Assembly: GCA_030390025.1 (NCBI GenBank)
Contig: CM059432.1
Span: 112,656,001-112,720,000, forward strand
Source: Squalus acanthias
Taxonomy: Eukaryota
Reading direction: 5' to 3'
DNA length: 64,000 nt
The translations under genes were made by a program, and so were the position numbers. The notes beneath the pieces were generated by a model, which was not told the origin of the DNA, did no database searches, and saw nothing but the letters and a program-made list of their open reading frames with translations. Shown here one piece after another: positions 53,138 to 64,000 of the stretch; position 1 is the first letter of the stretch, and each line of letters begins with the position of its first letter.

Positions 53138-55554
53138 TTTCAAATAAAACTGTTGGACTATAACCTGGTGTTGTGCGACTTCTCATTGTCATCATTAGAG
53201 AGGAAAGCAGGTTCTTGCTCTGTGGAGCCACTGCCACTCTCCTGGAAGGCGCCTCAGCAATCTAAGTAATCTGTTAGAGAACTGATTGATGGATTGCTGT
53301 GAGGCCCTAGTAGCCTCTTTGAACAGTGGTATCCAGACCCATGATGGCAGCAGTCTGAGCTTCCACTGCAGCACTCAGATCTTTGATGGAAGCTGCTTGT
53401 GCTGTGACAGTGGCCATCAGATGCTGCATCATGGTGGGTTCCACAGTGGTTTCCATGTTGGAAAGGATGGGCTCCAAGATCTGTGCAAGGGCCTGTGCCA
53501 AGTTGGGGCTGGACTCCTCCATGCTCCTTGACATTGAGAACAGGCTTTCTGGTAAGCTTTCTAGTGCATCAAGCATTTGGTGATGTACACCCATCAGCCT
53601 TCTTCTGTAGCCTGGCACATCGAACTCCTCATCTGACTCCTCTGCAGCAGAGCTAGTATGCATCCTTGCCCTCTGGTGAGCTGGCACCTGCGCTACCCTT
53701 TCCTCTCATCCTGGTTCCTGCACACTTGTGCCCAGTGTCTCACCATGTGCAGATCCCTCCTCTATACTAGCCTCTAAAATACGCGCAGTGTCAGTCTCTG
53801 AGTTGCTGGCTGCAAGTGTAAGATCGAGTGACGGTGTCTCTTCATCTTCACTGTCTTCTTCCTCTTCCTCCACTGACTGAGAAAGTTCCAGTTCTTGGGT
53901 ATCTGAAATGAAAAAGGGACAAGGTTGGGTTGTGGTGAGGGGAGAGGAGAAAGTAAGAAGTGTGTGCTTACACCATCTGCAGCTTGTGAGTCAGAAGAGA
54001 TTGTGGGATGAGGGAAGGAGGATTAGGTATGTAGATACCCTCATCATCGATCCCTTCAGTGGTCATGGCCTCAACGATGCCCTTCCCATGATGGCCAGCA
54101 CTGTCTCCTCCATGGGGGTTAAAACATGCAGGCATGCTTGTCCTCCTCCAGTTCTTTGCTGCTGCCTGTTGTTGTGCGCCACCTTCTCCTGCAAGAAAGA
54201 GGGAAGTGTGCCAGTGAGTGTCGTGTAATATGTTTGGTGATGTGGCTGTCATGGTTGAATAGCTGTCAGTGTGTTCGAGCTGTGAGTTGTGAGTGCAAAG
54301 CTTGCAATAGTGGTGTGTGAGGGTGAAGCATATGAATTTTAGGGTTGAGTACTGATTGATAGAGATTGTTGGTAGATGGGTGATGGGGTGTAGTGAATTG
54401 AACAGTAGATGAAACTAGTGATGCAGTTAGTGGATATGGCATTTAAAGGTGAACTCATTCACTCACTTTGACAACTCGTGTGAGATCGTTAAACTTCTTC
54501 CTGCACTGCATCCATGTTCTTGAAGCAACATTCTTGGCATTGACCTCCGCCGTTACTTGTTCCCACTGCCTCCTGAGCATCTGTCTGGAGGGCCTCATTC
54601 CCCCCCTGCGGATACAGGACGTCTCTCCTCCTTTCTACCTCTTCCACCAAGACCTCCAGTACAGTGTCTGAAAACCTTGGTACTCGCTGTCCCACATGTT
54701 CAGCCGTTGTTCAAAGTATCAGAGCCCAGATTGACTTTTGAAAAAACTCCCACCACTTCTTGCAGCCACAATGCACCTCCCCTTTAAGAGTTACAAGCTG
54801 CCTTTAAGTAGGTCTAGCCACTCGCGATATCAGCCAATGAACAACACGGGGAGCGCTGGCTGCACGCAGGAATCATTTAAAGGAGAAGGCAGCACCAATT
54901 TAACTTGATCTCCATGCCCGTTTTCAGGGGTTAGCCAATTTCTCGCCCATGCTCTTTTATTGAATTTTCCATTTCAAAGTGAATAGTGACAGTCTAAAAT
55001 GTGATTCTGTCTCCAATTTGCAATCAGAATGGCCTGTACCTTTAAGATGATGACACTGCACCTGACTCAGAGGGACAGATTGCTGGTAATTTTCAGTACG
55101 TGGATGCGCAATGACATTTGTGGCACTATGAAGGGTTGTGAGCCATTGTGTTTCAAAGGCTACTGGTGCCAGGGACTGAAAGGGTGAACAGAAATGGAGC
55201 AACAGAATGAGGTCATCTTACTCAGTGTTCATATTTTCATTTATTATGTCGCAATGTGCTCCAGGGTTTTGCGTAATGCTACCAAATGCACAAGATTAGT
55301 TTACTACCTTAGAACTCTCTCTAAGCCTTTCGAACTTCTCTCTTTACAATCTATGGTCCCAACAAACCAAACATTGCATTCATACTGTAATGGTGCATAG
55401 AAGCAGTGTGCTGCTAAAATTAAGTTGATTAAGTGTAGCAAAAGATAATTATAATTTTATTACTTCAGAATCCTCCTATTGTAAAAGCTACAGGAGAGTA
55501 TAATTTGGCAGTTATAAAGCACTATTGCAAGGCTGTGAGTATATATAAATACCC

Positions 55555-55862
55555 GTGCACTTGTGTGGGTGCGTGCCTGCGTACGTGTTTGTGTGTGCGC
55601 ATGTTTACGTGTGTGTGACCGCGGGCATGTGTGTGCATGTGTGTGTGTGTGCATGTGCATATGTGCGGGCATGGGTGCGTGTGCTTGCATGGGTGTGTGC
55701 GGGCATGGGTGTGTGCGGGCGTGTGTGTGCAGGTGTGGGTGCGTGTGTGTGTGGGTGCGTGCGGGCATGGGTGTGTGCGGGTGTGGGTGCGTGTGGGTGT
55801 GTGCGGGTGTGGGTGTGTGCGGGTGTGGGTGCGTGTGGGTGTGTGCGGGTGTGGGTGTGTTG
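55555..55862. repeat. GT/GC-rich compound microsatellite
   Basis: Repeated GTGTGTGCGGGTGTGGGT-like units. Confidence 0.95.
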
Positions 55863-56549
55863 TTACCTGCCCGACACTTCGGGTTTTGTGCTGGGTTCTA
55901 TTATTGTAGGCACCTGTTTTCCTGGTGGTTAGAAAGAAGGGATGGGTATTTAGCCATCCAAGGTATCTGCTTTCCTGGCACTCATCTCTACTGATAGTGC
56001 TGGGGAATAGCACATTTTTTCACCCTTGCACACTGTGACATCAACCATTTCAAGGTCAGCTGTATCATAACACAGATAAAATGCAGTTTGGAGCACTCCT
56101 TATGCTTGCCCAACAAGTAATAGCTCAATCCTAATCTCCACGGAGACTCTCTCTCTCTTTGCCTCTCCCTCCCTTTGTCTCATAAACACCATTGTACGAA
56201 TTCCCCACAGTTAATCCTTTGGTTTCACCCAGTAAAACTGCCCAATTACAGTTTGTGCCACATTGCAGGAAGTTTTGTGATGTTGGGAAATGCGATGCAA
56301 ATGTCCAAGCTCATTTCACTTCAGATGTGCTAATAGTTTTAACAGTGAATATTAGTAAAGCACTACAGTAATGATGTATTGTGGGATGAACCTGTGTGAT
56401 ATGGCCACGATAGCACTATGGGGTAGGTTTTCCCATCCCTGCACCTGGCGCAGTGAGTACAGGAAAATCTGGTGAGAAGAAGCACTTGTCAGTAAAGGAG
56501 CCTGCTCAATTTTTCATCCGTTAATTTAAACAGACAGAAAATAGGCATG

Positions 56550-57850
56550 CTATATTTTGGGTAGAAGAATGAGGAGAGGTAATGGCCCAAAAATTCGGCC
56601 GAATACGGGAGAGTACCCGCTGCGTACTCACCCGTATTCGTTCCCGAAGTGCCGGTTTCCTGCATGCACTGCGCATGCGCGGGAAACCGGCACTTCCGGT
56701 ATAGCGAAGGGGGCGGTTCCTAGGTGAACTGCGTGCGCACTAGAGGCTGCACGCACGCAGCACACTTAGGTTTTTTTTCAGGTTCCAACGCGAGGGTAAG
56801 TATGGAAGATTTTACACAAGTAAAAAGGAGGCGTAAGACCCCCTTTTAACAAGGTAAGTAGTTAATTAAGTATAATTTTAAATTTTTTTCAACAGGTTTA
56901 TCTTTTTTAGAGACTTTAAAGAAAGGTAAGTTTATTTTTATAACTTTTAAAAAGAATTAAAATTTTTGTTTAAAGTGATTAATTTATTTAACTATAGTTA
57001 TTTTATTAATGCGATGGTTTTTAAAAAAAAATTATTTGATGTTTAGCTGTTCTTTTGGGGGCGATTTGTATTCATAGATTTGACAGGTCTCCTGTCAAAT
57101 CTATGAATGAAAGATGGTCTGCTGCCATTGGCTCTCCATGGCCCACGTGATCCCAGGAGTCGCATCGCACTAACTGCGCCCTGGGACACGCAAGCTCTGC
57201 GCGCCGGCACCAGGGAGAGGCCAAGGACCCGAAGTTCCTGTGGGCCCGAAACACAACGGCAGGCGCGGTAGGTAAGATCGCGCGCGATCCTTACCCCCGC
57301 GGCAAGCCTCCGAGTCAAATTTCTGGGCCAAAGAGTACAATTTTAAAGTGGGTGCAGGAACAGAGAGATCTGGGGTTTCACATATACAGATATTTGAAGG
57401 TGGCAGGATAAGTTAATAAAGCTATTAAAAAAGCATATGGCATCCTTGGCTTTATTAATAGAGGCACAAAGTACAAAAGCAAGGAAGTTATGCTAAACCT
57501 TTATAAATCAGTGGTTAGGCCTCAGCTAGAGCATTGTGTCCAATTCTGGGCACCACACTTTAGGAAGGATATCAAGGCCTTGGAGAGGGTGCAGAGGAGA
57601 ATTACCAGAATTATACTAGGGATGAAGGACTTCAGTTATGTGGAGAGACTGGAGAAGCTGGGATTGTACTCCTTAGAGCAGAGAAGACTTAGGGGAGATT
57701 TGGTAGAGTTGTTCAAAATCTTGAAGGGTTTTGATCGAGTAAATAAGGAGAAACTGTTTCCACTGGCAGGAGGGTTGGTAACGAGAGGACACAGATTTAA
57801 GATAATTGGCAAAAGGACCAGTGGGGAGATGAGGAGAATTTGTTTTTCCT
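56550..57850 (+). mobile_element. CR1 3' fragment split by a MITE
   Basis: HFGRRMRR-like start; LNLYKSVVRPQLEHCVQFWAP...TRGH. Confidence 0.85.
56584..57329. mobile_element. Hairpin-rich MITE with Harbinger-like termini
   Basis: TIRs GGCCCAAAAATT / AATTTCTGGGCC; interrupts a CR1; flanks AAT/AAA. Confidence 0.75.
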
Positions 57851-58385
57851 CGTGTTCCCTCCTACCTGTAGTCATATTAAAAAAACAGATAGAAAACCCA
57901 AGGCCAATTCATGGGAAAAAAATCAGTGAACTTCCTCTCCAACCCCCTAAGGCGATCGAAAACAAATTCTAGGAGCTCTCAATGACCATTTCTCCAGGGT
58001 TTCCGCTGAAGTTACAACATGAGATTGGGAGAAGTGGAACCCTCTGGTCTGACAATGGAGAATGGAAAGCCCAATCAGCAAGACTGGAGTTGTATTGCTG
58101 GCCGTCCCTGACTGTGACTTTTCCTCTGATGAACACATTTACATACATGGACAGAGCTGTCCTTCTCGGCAGCTATTTTTTAATGTTTAGTAACAATCAC
58201 TTTCTTACAACAGTGAAAAGTACTAGGTTTGAAAAGTACCAATGTGGTCCAACTGATCACCTGAGCTTTTTTAAAACCTGCCTTCATATCAGTCCATTGG
58301 AAGCCCAAAAGAGTGTTTTTGAACGCCGAAAAATGTTTTGCATCAGTGCAAAAGTGGAAGCACAATAGGAGCCTAAAAAAACTGA

Positions 58386-58998
58386 GGCCGCGATTTTATC
58401 GATCGATGCGGCTTGGGAGCGGGTCAGCTGGTTTCCGGGTTCCAGTCCCGCCCCCAACTTCATCCGGCCCACGGACGTGATTTTACGTCAATTGGCCTTG
58501 TTAAGCCAGCCCTGCGGGCTTGCCGGCCAATTAAGAAGCCGGTCAGATGACGTCATTTGAAGACGCGTCATCCGTCGGTTTTCTTAAAGGGACCACGCAC
58601 CATTTTTCTTTGACAGCTCATTTCTCAGTCTCTGACAGCATTGAGGTGCTGCAAACACTGACAATTACTGTTCACAGGTGAGTTCTTGCACCCAGGCTCT
58701 CCAGTGACTCCCTCCTTAGGCTAGAACAGATGGCAGCTGCAGGTTACAGAAGCGATTTGTCACTGGTGAGAGAGGTTCTCCCAATGAGGTGGGACTACAC
58801 ATACAATTCAAAACTTGTTACCTAGTACTCTTCCCGCCGCTAGGTGTCGGGTCCATGCGCAAATCGGGGAGCCGACACTTGGAAAGATTGATTGGAGGCG
58901 GGTTGACAGCGGGTTTCCTGCCCGCTGTCAATCTTTGCAATTTTGCCGGATGTCCTGCCTCCAAACCTGCCCCCTGAGCGCCGGCAAAATTCCAGCCT
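58386..58998. mobile_element. Short Harbinger derivative related to 30700-32238, opposite orientation
   Basis: Ends GGCCGCGATTTT / AAAATTCCAGCC; shared subterminal GATGACGTCAT and TTAAAGGG motifs. Confidence 0.7.
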
Positions 58999-59695
58999 GT
59001 GAGTTTCATTTGTAGCCAGATTCCAGTGATTATGAAACTAATTTTTAATTTGACTCTCAATTATTTTACAGAGATTATCCGAATTTTCCAAAAATGAGTG
59101 CTGAATAAATCTCTGTCTGATAATATGACTAATTCCCAAGATAAATAACATTCTCTATTGCATGTCTTTTCATTTTCCATGATGTTTATCCTTATGGCCT
59201 TCCTGAGTATGTTTGGCCAATTGTATTGAATATTGGGGCTGACTTGTACTTTGGACGTACAGCACGGAACTGAATCGAGTCTGCTCAGATTCACTTTATG
59301 TTGAACCTTCAATGGTTTTTCCGAGGGTTTTGAAAAACCCTAAAGGACAAATTGAAAACCCAAGAAGGAAGCTAAGCAACAAGTACTTTATTAGAGAAAA
59401 TGGTTGGTAGAATTGCTACCTAGTTGATTTTTCACCAGCCCTATTGGATTTTGAAGTTGTCATTGGTTGACAACTTTAAACAACAAATATTGTGGCTTTT
59501 TTAATATTCTGTGTTGAAATCTTCAACATGCAATATGAAAAACCAACCAATGAAATGCCAATTAAAACTGGCAACAGGTAGCAATTTTGTAAAGCCAACT
59601 GGGTCTGTGAAAAAGTAGCCAGGTGGTGACCCTGTAGCAGTTTTACCACATGTCCTACTGCCACTTTAACAGTGAGCCGTTTTCTTTTACTCCAG

Positions 59696-59817
59696 GTGAG
59701 CTTGAGATATTCCAGAAAAATGGAGAGCGAAGAATTCGCAGTCGACAACAAATACCTGGTGGGACAACGTGGGGACCTTTTGACGGCAGTATAGGAGTGA
59801 CTGACAGCAGCTCTTTG
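59696..59817 (+). CDS. ZFPM2: Internal coding exon of zinc finger protein FOG-2 (PR/SET-like N-terminal region; probably equivalent to human exon 4)
   Basis: Acceptor ttttcttttactccAG before 59696 and donor GTATGT at 59818. Encodes (G)[40 protein letters not shown], closely resembling the vertebrate FOG2 segment as I recall it ([29 protein letters not shown]), and less like FOG1. Phase 1 to phase 0. Confidence 0.88.
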
Positions 59818-60348
59818 GTATGTTACTGTTCCAGTTGTATAGAGTCTAACACATCTCGTTATTTTTATGCAATAGCACCAGGCCAGGATTTATAAAAACC
59901 CTACTCTTTGTTGTTTTATTGAGATCCATGTTAAAATGCTAGTTATTATATGGAGCTGTTTATATGAAATTATTATAAAGTGACAAAATTTGTGATGATG
60001 AATTTCTTATTCAAACAATTCTCCGCATAAAGTGGAGGTCCGTTGTTAAGACTAGAAAATGAGTCATTGTTTGTCAACATCATTCCTTGATCCGGTCAAT
60101 AAACTAGTTGTTAATTTGTTGATTAAAAGAAAATTGAATGGCCCCTTCCCTCTCCTAAATGGCTCAGGGGGTAACTGCAGTGCAAAGTGTGGTGCTGATT
60201 AGCACTGACCAGCAAGGTTCCAGGTTCACTCCCTTGATGTGTTGAGTTTTCTGATTGTAGCTGGCAGCGTGGTAGGGACACTACTATCCTGAGAAATTCA
60301 AGATTCCTTCGTAAATATGATAAATATTTTTATTGTGATAAATTAATT

Positions 60349-62708
60349 GGCCTAGAAATCCGATAACGGGAAAACGGCCGGTGTCAACACGGGACGAGGG
60401 TAACTCCCGCCAGTAAAAAGAGCCCAGGCAGCACTGTTATTTTGGTGCTGCCTGCTGATTTAAATGACCAGAGCACAGAACCTACAGTGCAATGCGCTTT
60501 TGCAGGCGGTCCTCTCAGCAGGAGGCCCAATGTAGCATGGCCGTAGCGTCCCTGGAGCAAGGCAACGTTGTCTTGAAGCTAGCCTGTCATTTTAGAAAGC
60601 AGTCTCGAGCCCTTAAAGGGGAACTGTCTTCTAAAATGAAAACATTAAAATTATTTTAAAATAGGCAGTTTTTAGCCCTTAGAGCTCAACTGCCTTCTGA
60701 AAAAAAATAAACATAAAAAATAATTATAAAATGACAGTCTTCAGCTCTTAAAGCTGAACTGCCTTCTGCACGTAAAAAAATGGTAAAAGTGCTTCAGCAT
60801 TAACACAAATGGCTCAACAAGCCAGGGAAGGGGCACCCAGGGTCTCGCACGCAGCACTCCAGCTTTGCGCAGCGGTTGAACAGTGGAAGAGAGATCCTCT
60901 ACCCACAGGGGCCAGTAGGCCCTCCAGAAAGAACAATGTGGGACCAGATCACCAAGGCCGTCACTGCCAGCAGTGTCGCCCCCATGACCCGGCTCCAGTG
61001 CCCAAAGAAGCTTCATGACCTAAGACCAGTGGTCAAGGTCAGTGAATGCATCTTCAAAAGCCGTCTCCTACCAACTGCACCATTAGCCCCAACACCCCCC
61101 CCTCCCCCCGCCATCACTCACCTACTTACAATCTGCACCAAACACGAGGCACATCTCACATTCCTAGCTTCACTTCACCCCCTTGGAGGAGATGGAGCTG
61201 GCCATTCTTGGCAGGGGCATGGCTGAGCCCTTGGTCAGCGGCGGGGCTGAAAGGATACAAAATGCTGGTATCCTCATACGTTATCCTCCTTTTCACATCC
61301 CACTTCCCCCTCATCCCACAATCTGTTCTGATGTTCAAGCTGCGCATGGTGTAAGCATGCAGCTCTTGCTTTCCTGCCCTCCCCTCACCACAACGCTACC
61401 CTTGTGCCTTCCTCATTTCACACACCCAACAAATCCAGCCTGTCCAACCAGTGGTTGACCAAGAAGAGGGAGAGGACAGTGAACAAGAAGAAACACCGTC
61501 ACTCGATTTCACACTCCCAGCCACCAGGTTGTCCTGCAAGGACATCTGCAGTGTCCCCCACTGAAAGTCAGCAGCCTTCGACCAGCCATGCTGCAGCCAC
61601 TGGGGTAGCACTGCGTGACATCAGTAGGATGGGCAAAGGCATACACAAGACAGTCACTAAGGGAATGCACAAGGGTGATTAGTTGATTTCTTGGTGTCAT
61701 ATTGGAGGAATATATGTATAAAGTTGGATTGGAAAGTTTGCTTTGTGATGGCTTTTATTTCATCATTGTGGACAATAGGACGCTGTGATGGTCAGTAACA
61801 GAGGGATGGTAAGGTGTAGGACTAATGTTGAAAGGGGAATTGGGGTTGTGGTCACTGGTACCGCAAGAAGATGATTCGATTCCGGATATCCCAGCCAGAA
61901 GGGGCTGTCTTGGTCGCATCCTTCCTTCTGCTTCCTCCTCTTCTGCTTCTTCCTCTTCTGCATCTTCCTCTTCTGCATCTTCCTGTTCCCTCTGTGAACA
62001 GCTTGTCCTCTTTGCTGCCTCTGCTTCATCTCCATGTGCCCCCCAGGACTGTCAGCAAGTGGTCTTCTCAGAGGCAAAATACTGCAGTTCTGGAAATCTG
62101 AAATAAAAGCAGAAAATGCTGGAAATACTCAGCAGTTCAGGCAGCACCTCGAGCTGAAACATTAACTCTGTTTCTCTCTCTATGGATGCTGCCTGACCTG
62201 CTGAATATTTCCAGCATTTTCTGCCTTCTCAGAGGCCTTCCTTTACCATTCAAAGCTTTGCAAGAGTCCAGCAGCACTCTCTGCACTCCCTGCACACTTT
62301 AACAACATTTAAATGTATTTCACCAAGCCACAGCTTCAATAAAATACAAAAAAACAGTCCAAAAGCTGAAATCCAAACTTATTTGAAAGATGTGTGTGTC
62401 CCTTTAAGAAGTGCTAACAGCGTCTCTGCAGGGCTGCTTCACGCACATTTTTCTGTGCGTACTTAGGACAAGACGTTAAAGCATGCGAGAACGTCCAAAA
62501 GATCAGTCGTGGCGTCATATCAGGCGTTGCACGCCGATTGACGTCACGATCTGCTCATTTAAATTTGAGAGACCAGCGCTGGCAACGGAGCGCGGTGGCC
62601 CTCACCAAAATGGCGGCCGCCATGTCCTGCGCCAGAAGCAAGGCGGCCGCCATTTTTTCAACAAAGCCGGCCTTAACTGCTGATGCTACACTGGGGAATT
62701 TCTAGGCC
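60349..62708 (+). mobile_element. Harbinger deletion derivative with Myb/SANT remnant
   Basis: TIRs GGCCTAGAAAT / ATTTCTAGGCC, TSD ATT; MWDQITKAV...LQCPKKLHDL..VVK followed by a GTCAGT donor near 61038. Confidence 0.85.
62076..62224 (+). mobile_element. 149-bp PLE micro-insertion forming an inverted repeat
   Basis: 12-bp TSD CTTCTCAGAGGC (62064-62075, 62225-62236); arms CAGAAAATGCTGGAAATACTCAGCAG / CTGCTGAATATTTCCAGCATTTTCTG. Confidence 0.85.
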
Positions 62709-62786
62709 ATTGCCTTACCTTCTGTGTTTTAAAGTGAACAATTTAGTGTAGGGTTTTAAGCCATCACCTGTGTATATTGTATTAAA

Positions 62787-63846
62787 ACAAAACACAGAAA
62801 ATGCTGGAAATACTCAGCAGGTCAGGCAGCATCTGTGGAGAGAGAAACAGAGTTAATGTTTCAGGTTGATAACCTGAAGCTTGAGTTCTGATGAAGGATC
62901 ATCGATCTGAAACTTTGGGCTGGATTTTCACTGACCCTGTGGAGTCGGGTTTGGACGCGGGGGGGGGGGGGGGGGGTTAAAGTTGCAGATTCGGGGGTCC
63001 CGCCTCCATGCCAGTTTCACTGGCGGCGGGTACCCGACCTGTGCTGGGACCCGACTCCCCGAGGTGGGAAGGGATTAGTGACAATTAACTGCCTGTTAAC
63101 AGGTAGTTAACAGGCAGTTTTTTGCCTAATCCCTATTTTAATCGCTGAAATGTGGGCTTCCTGACAGGTCCGAACCACGGCAAGTTATCGGGGCGGACCG
63201 TGGGTCTGCAGGGGTTGGAGGGGTCGATATGTCCGGTGGGCAGGTGAGTGATGGGTGAATGTGTGCAGAGGTAACTGTGTAAGGTAAGTGCAAAGTGTGG
63301 GAAAAAGTTTTACTTACCTTAACTTCCTCCTGCAGGTGTCAGCCCTTCAGTTCTCGGGAGTCAGAAATCTCACCGGCACAGAAAGCAGAAAAGCCGTGGT
63401 GCTGTCAAAAACTGCAGCCTTCTGTTTTCTGTGTTGGAATGATTTCTAACTCAGCCTGAGAGGAAGGACTCAAGTTAGAAATCATATTGTCAGTGTTTGA
63501 CAGCTTCACATAGCTGTCAAATGCTGATATTTCATCTGTCAAAAGCTCTTGACAGATGAAATGTCAATCTGTGACGTCACCTGTTGCTGGGTGGCCCTTA
63601 ATTGGCCTGCTGAGCTCACTGGGCGGGCTCAACAAGGTCAATCAAGGGAAAATACAGTGGGTTGGCCACAAGTCGATGGAGGCGGGTCTACAACCCAAAA
63701 AGTGGGATTCATGACACCAACCCGACCCCAGTATCAAAATCCAGCCCATTAACTCTGTTTCTCTCTCCACAATGCTGCCTGACCTGCTGAGTGTTTCCAG
63801 CATTTTCTGTTGTTATTTCAGATTTCCAGCATCCGCAGTATTTTCC
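62787..63846. mobile_element. PLE inverted-terminus remnant (family A) with hammerhead, split by a MITE
   Basis: Left arm 62787-62870; AGTT-CTGATGA...GAAAC at 62884-62913; right arm resumes at 63748 and carries the extra tail to ~63846. Confidence 0.8.
62917..63747. mobile_element. Harbinger-type MITE with the same termini as 2366-3041
   Basis: GGGCTGGATTTTCACTGACCC ... CCCCAGTATCAAAATCCAGCCC; flanks TTT/ATT. Confidence 0.82.
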
Positions 63847-64000
63847 TGTTGACCTCGTAGCTCAGCTGCCTTCAGTGGACAAGTTGCACTGCTTTGAGGC
63901 CAGACTTGTGCTCTGCAGCTGCACAGTACCCCCTCATCTGGAAGAAAGGTGTGAGGTGATACATTTTGGTAGGAAGAATGAGGAGAGGCAATATAAACGA

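Larger units (their letters stand above)
50210..53186 (+). mobile_element. Penelope-like element with inverted pseudo-LTRs
   Basis: 13-bp TSD TGTCATCATTAGA (50197-50209, 53187-53199); inverted arms 50246-51333 (containing a SINE) and 52589-53186; 36-nt extension 50210-50245 on the left arm only. Confidence 0.95.
49930..54698 (-). pseudogene. Harbinger Myb/SANT gene of the 35201-54948 element, spliced, last exon split by a PLE
   Basis: Exon 1 PRFSDTVLEVLVEEV...RTWMQCRKKFNDL with GTGAGT donor at 54466; exon 2 from 54188 EKVAHNNRQQQRTGGG; exon 3 from 53902, continuing at 50209. Confidence 0.8.
35201..54948 (+). mobile_element. Formerly autonomous PIF/Harbinger transposon expanded to 19.7 kb by nested insertions
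   Basis: TIRs GGGGGAGAAATTGG / CCAATTTCTCGCCC (13/14 match), TSD ATG (35198-35200, 54949-54951); convergent transposase and Myb/SANT genes. Confidence 0.88.

Noticed and set aside
55460..56013. Overlapping His/Thr- and Cys/Val-rich ORFs
   Set aside because: Translations of a GT microsatellite.
59650..59895. 81-aa stand-alone ORF
   Set aside because: Only 59696-59817, between canonical splice sites, resembles ZFPM2; the flanks are intron.

Overview
Vertebrate genomic DNA, most likely from a cartilaginous fish (HER1-like CR1 LINEs, HE1/V-SINE and DeuSINE-like SINEs). Nearly all of the window is intronic. The only host coding sequence I can support is one 122-bp internal exon (59696-59817, +) matching the PR/SET-like N-terminal region of ZFPM2/FOG2. 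Most of the rest is decayed transposons: CR1, L2/Crack-like, RTE and Tx1 LINEs, Penelope-like elements (PLEs) with minimal type I hammerhead ribozymes, tRNA-derived SINEs, and many PIF/Harbinger elements and MITEs. Highlights: (1) five PLE insertions from two families, including 94-bp and 149-bp micro-insertions with TSDs, share one geometry, ending at a fixed point before a 30-36 nt tail that appears only on the inverted arm; (2) a Harbinger element expanded to 19.7 kb by nested insertions up to four layers deep; (3) an RTE LINE with twin-priming inversion geometry. Most short ORFs in the supplied track are antisense or out-of-frame shadows of these repeats. All family assignments come from recognising motifs by eye; no searches were run.
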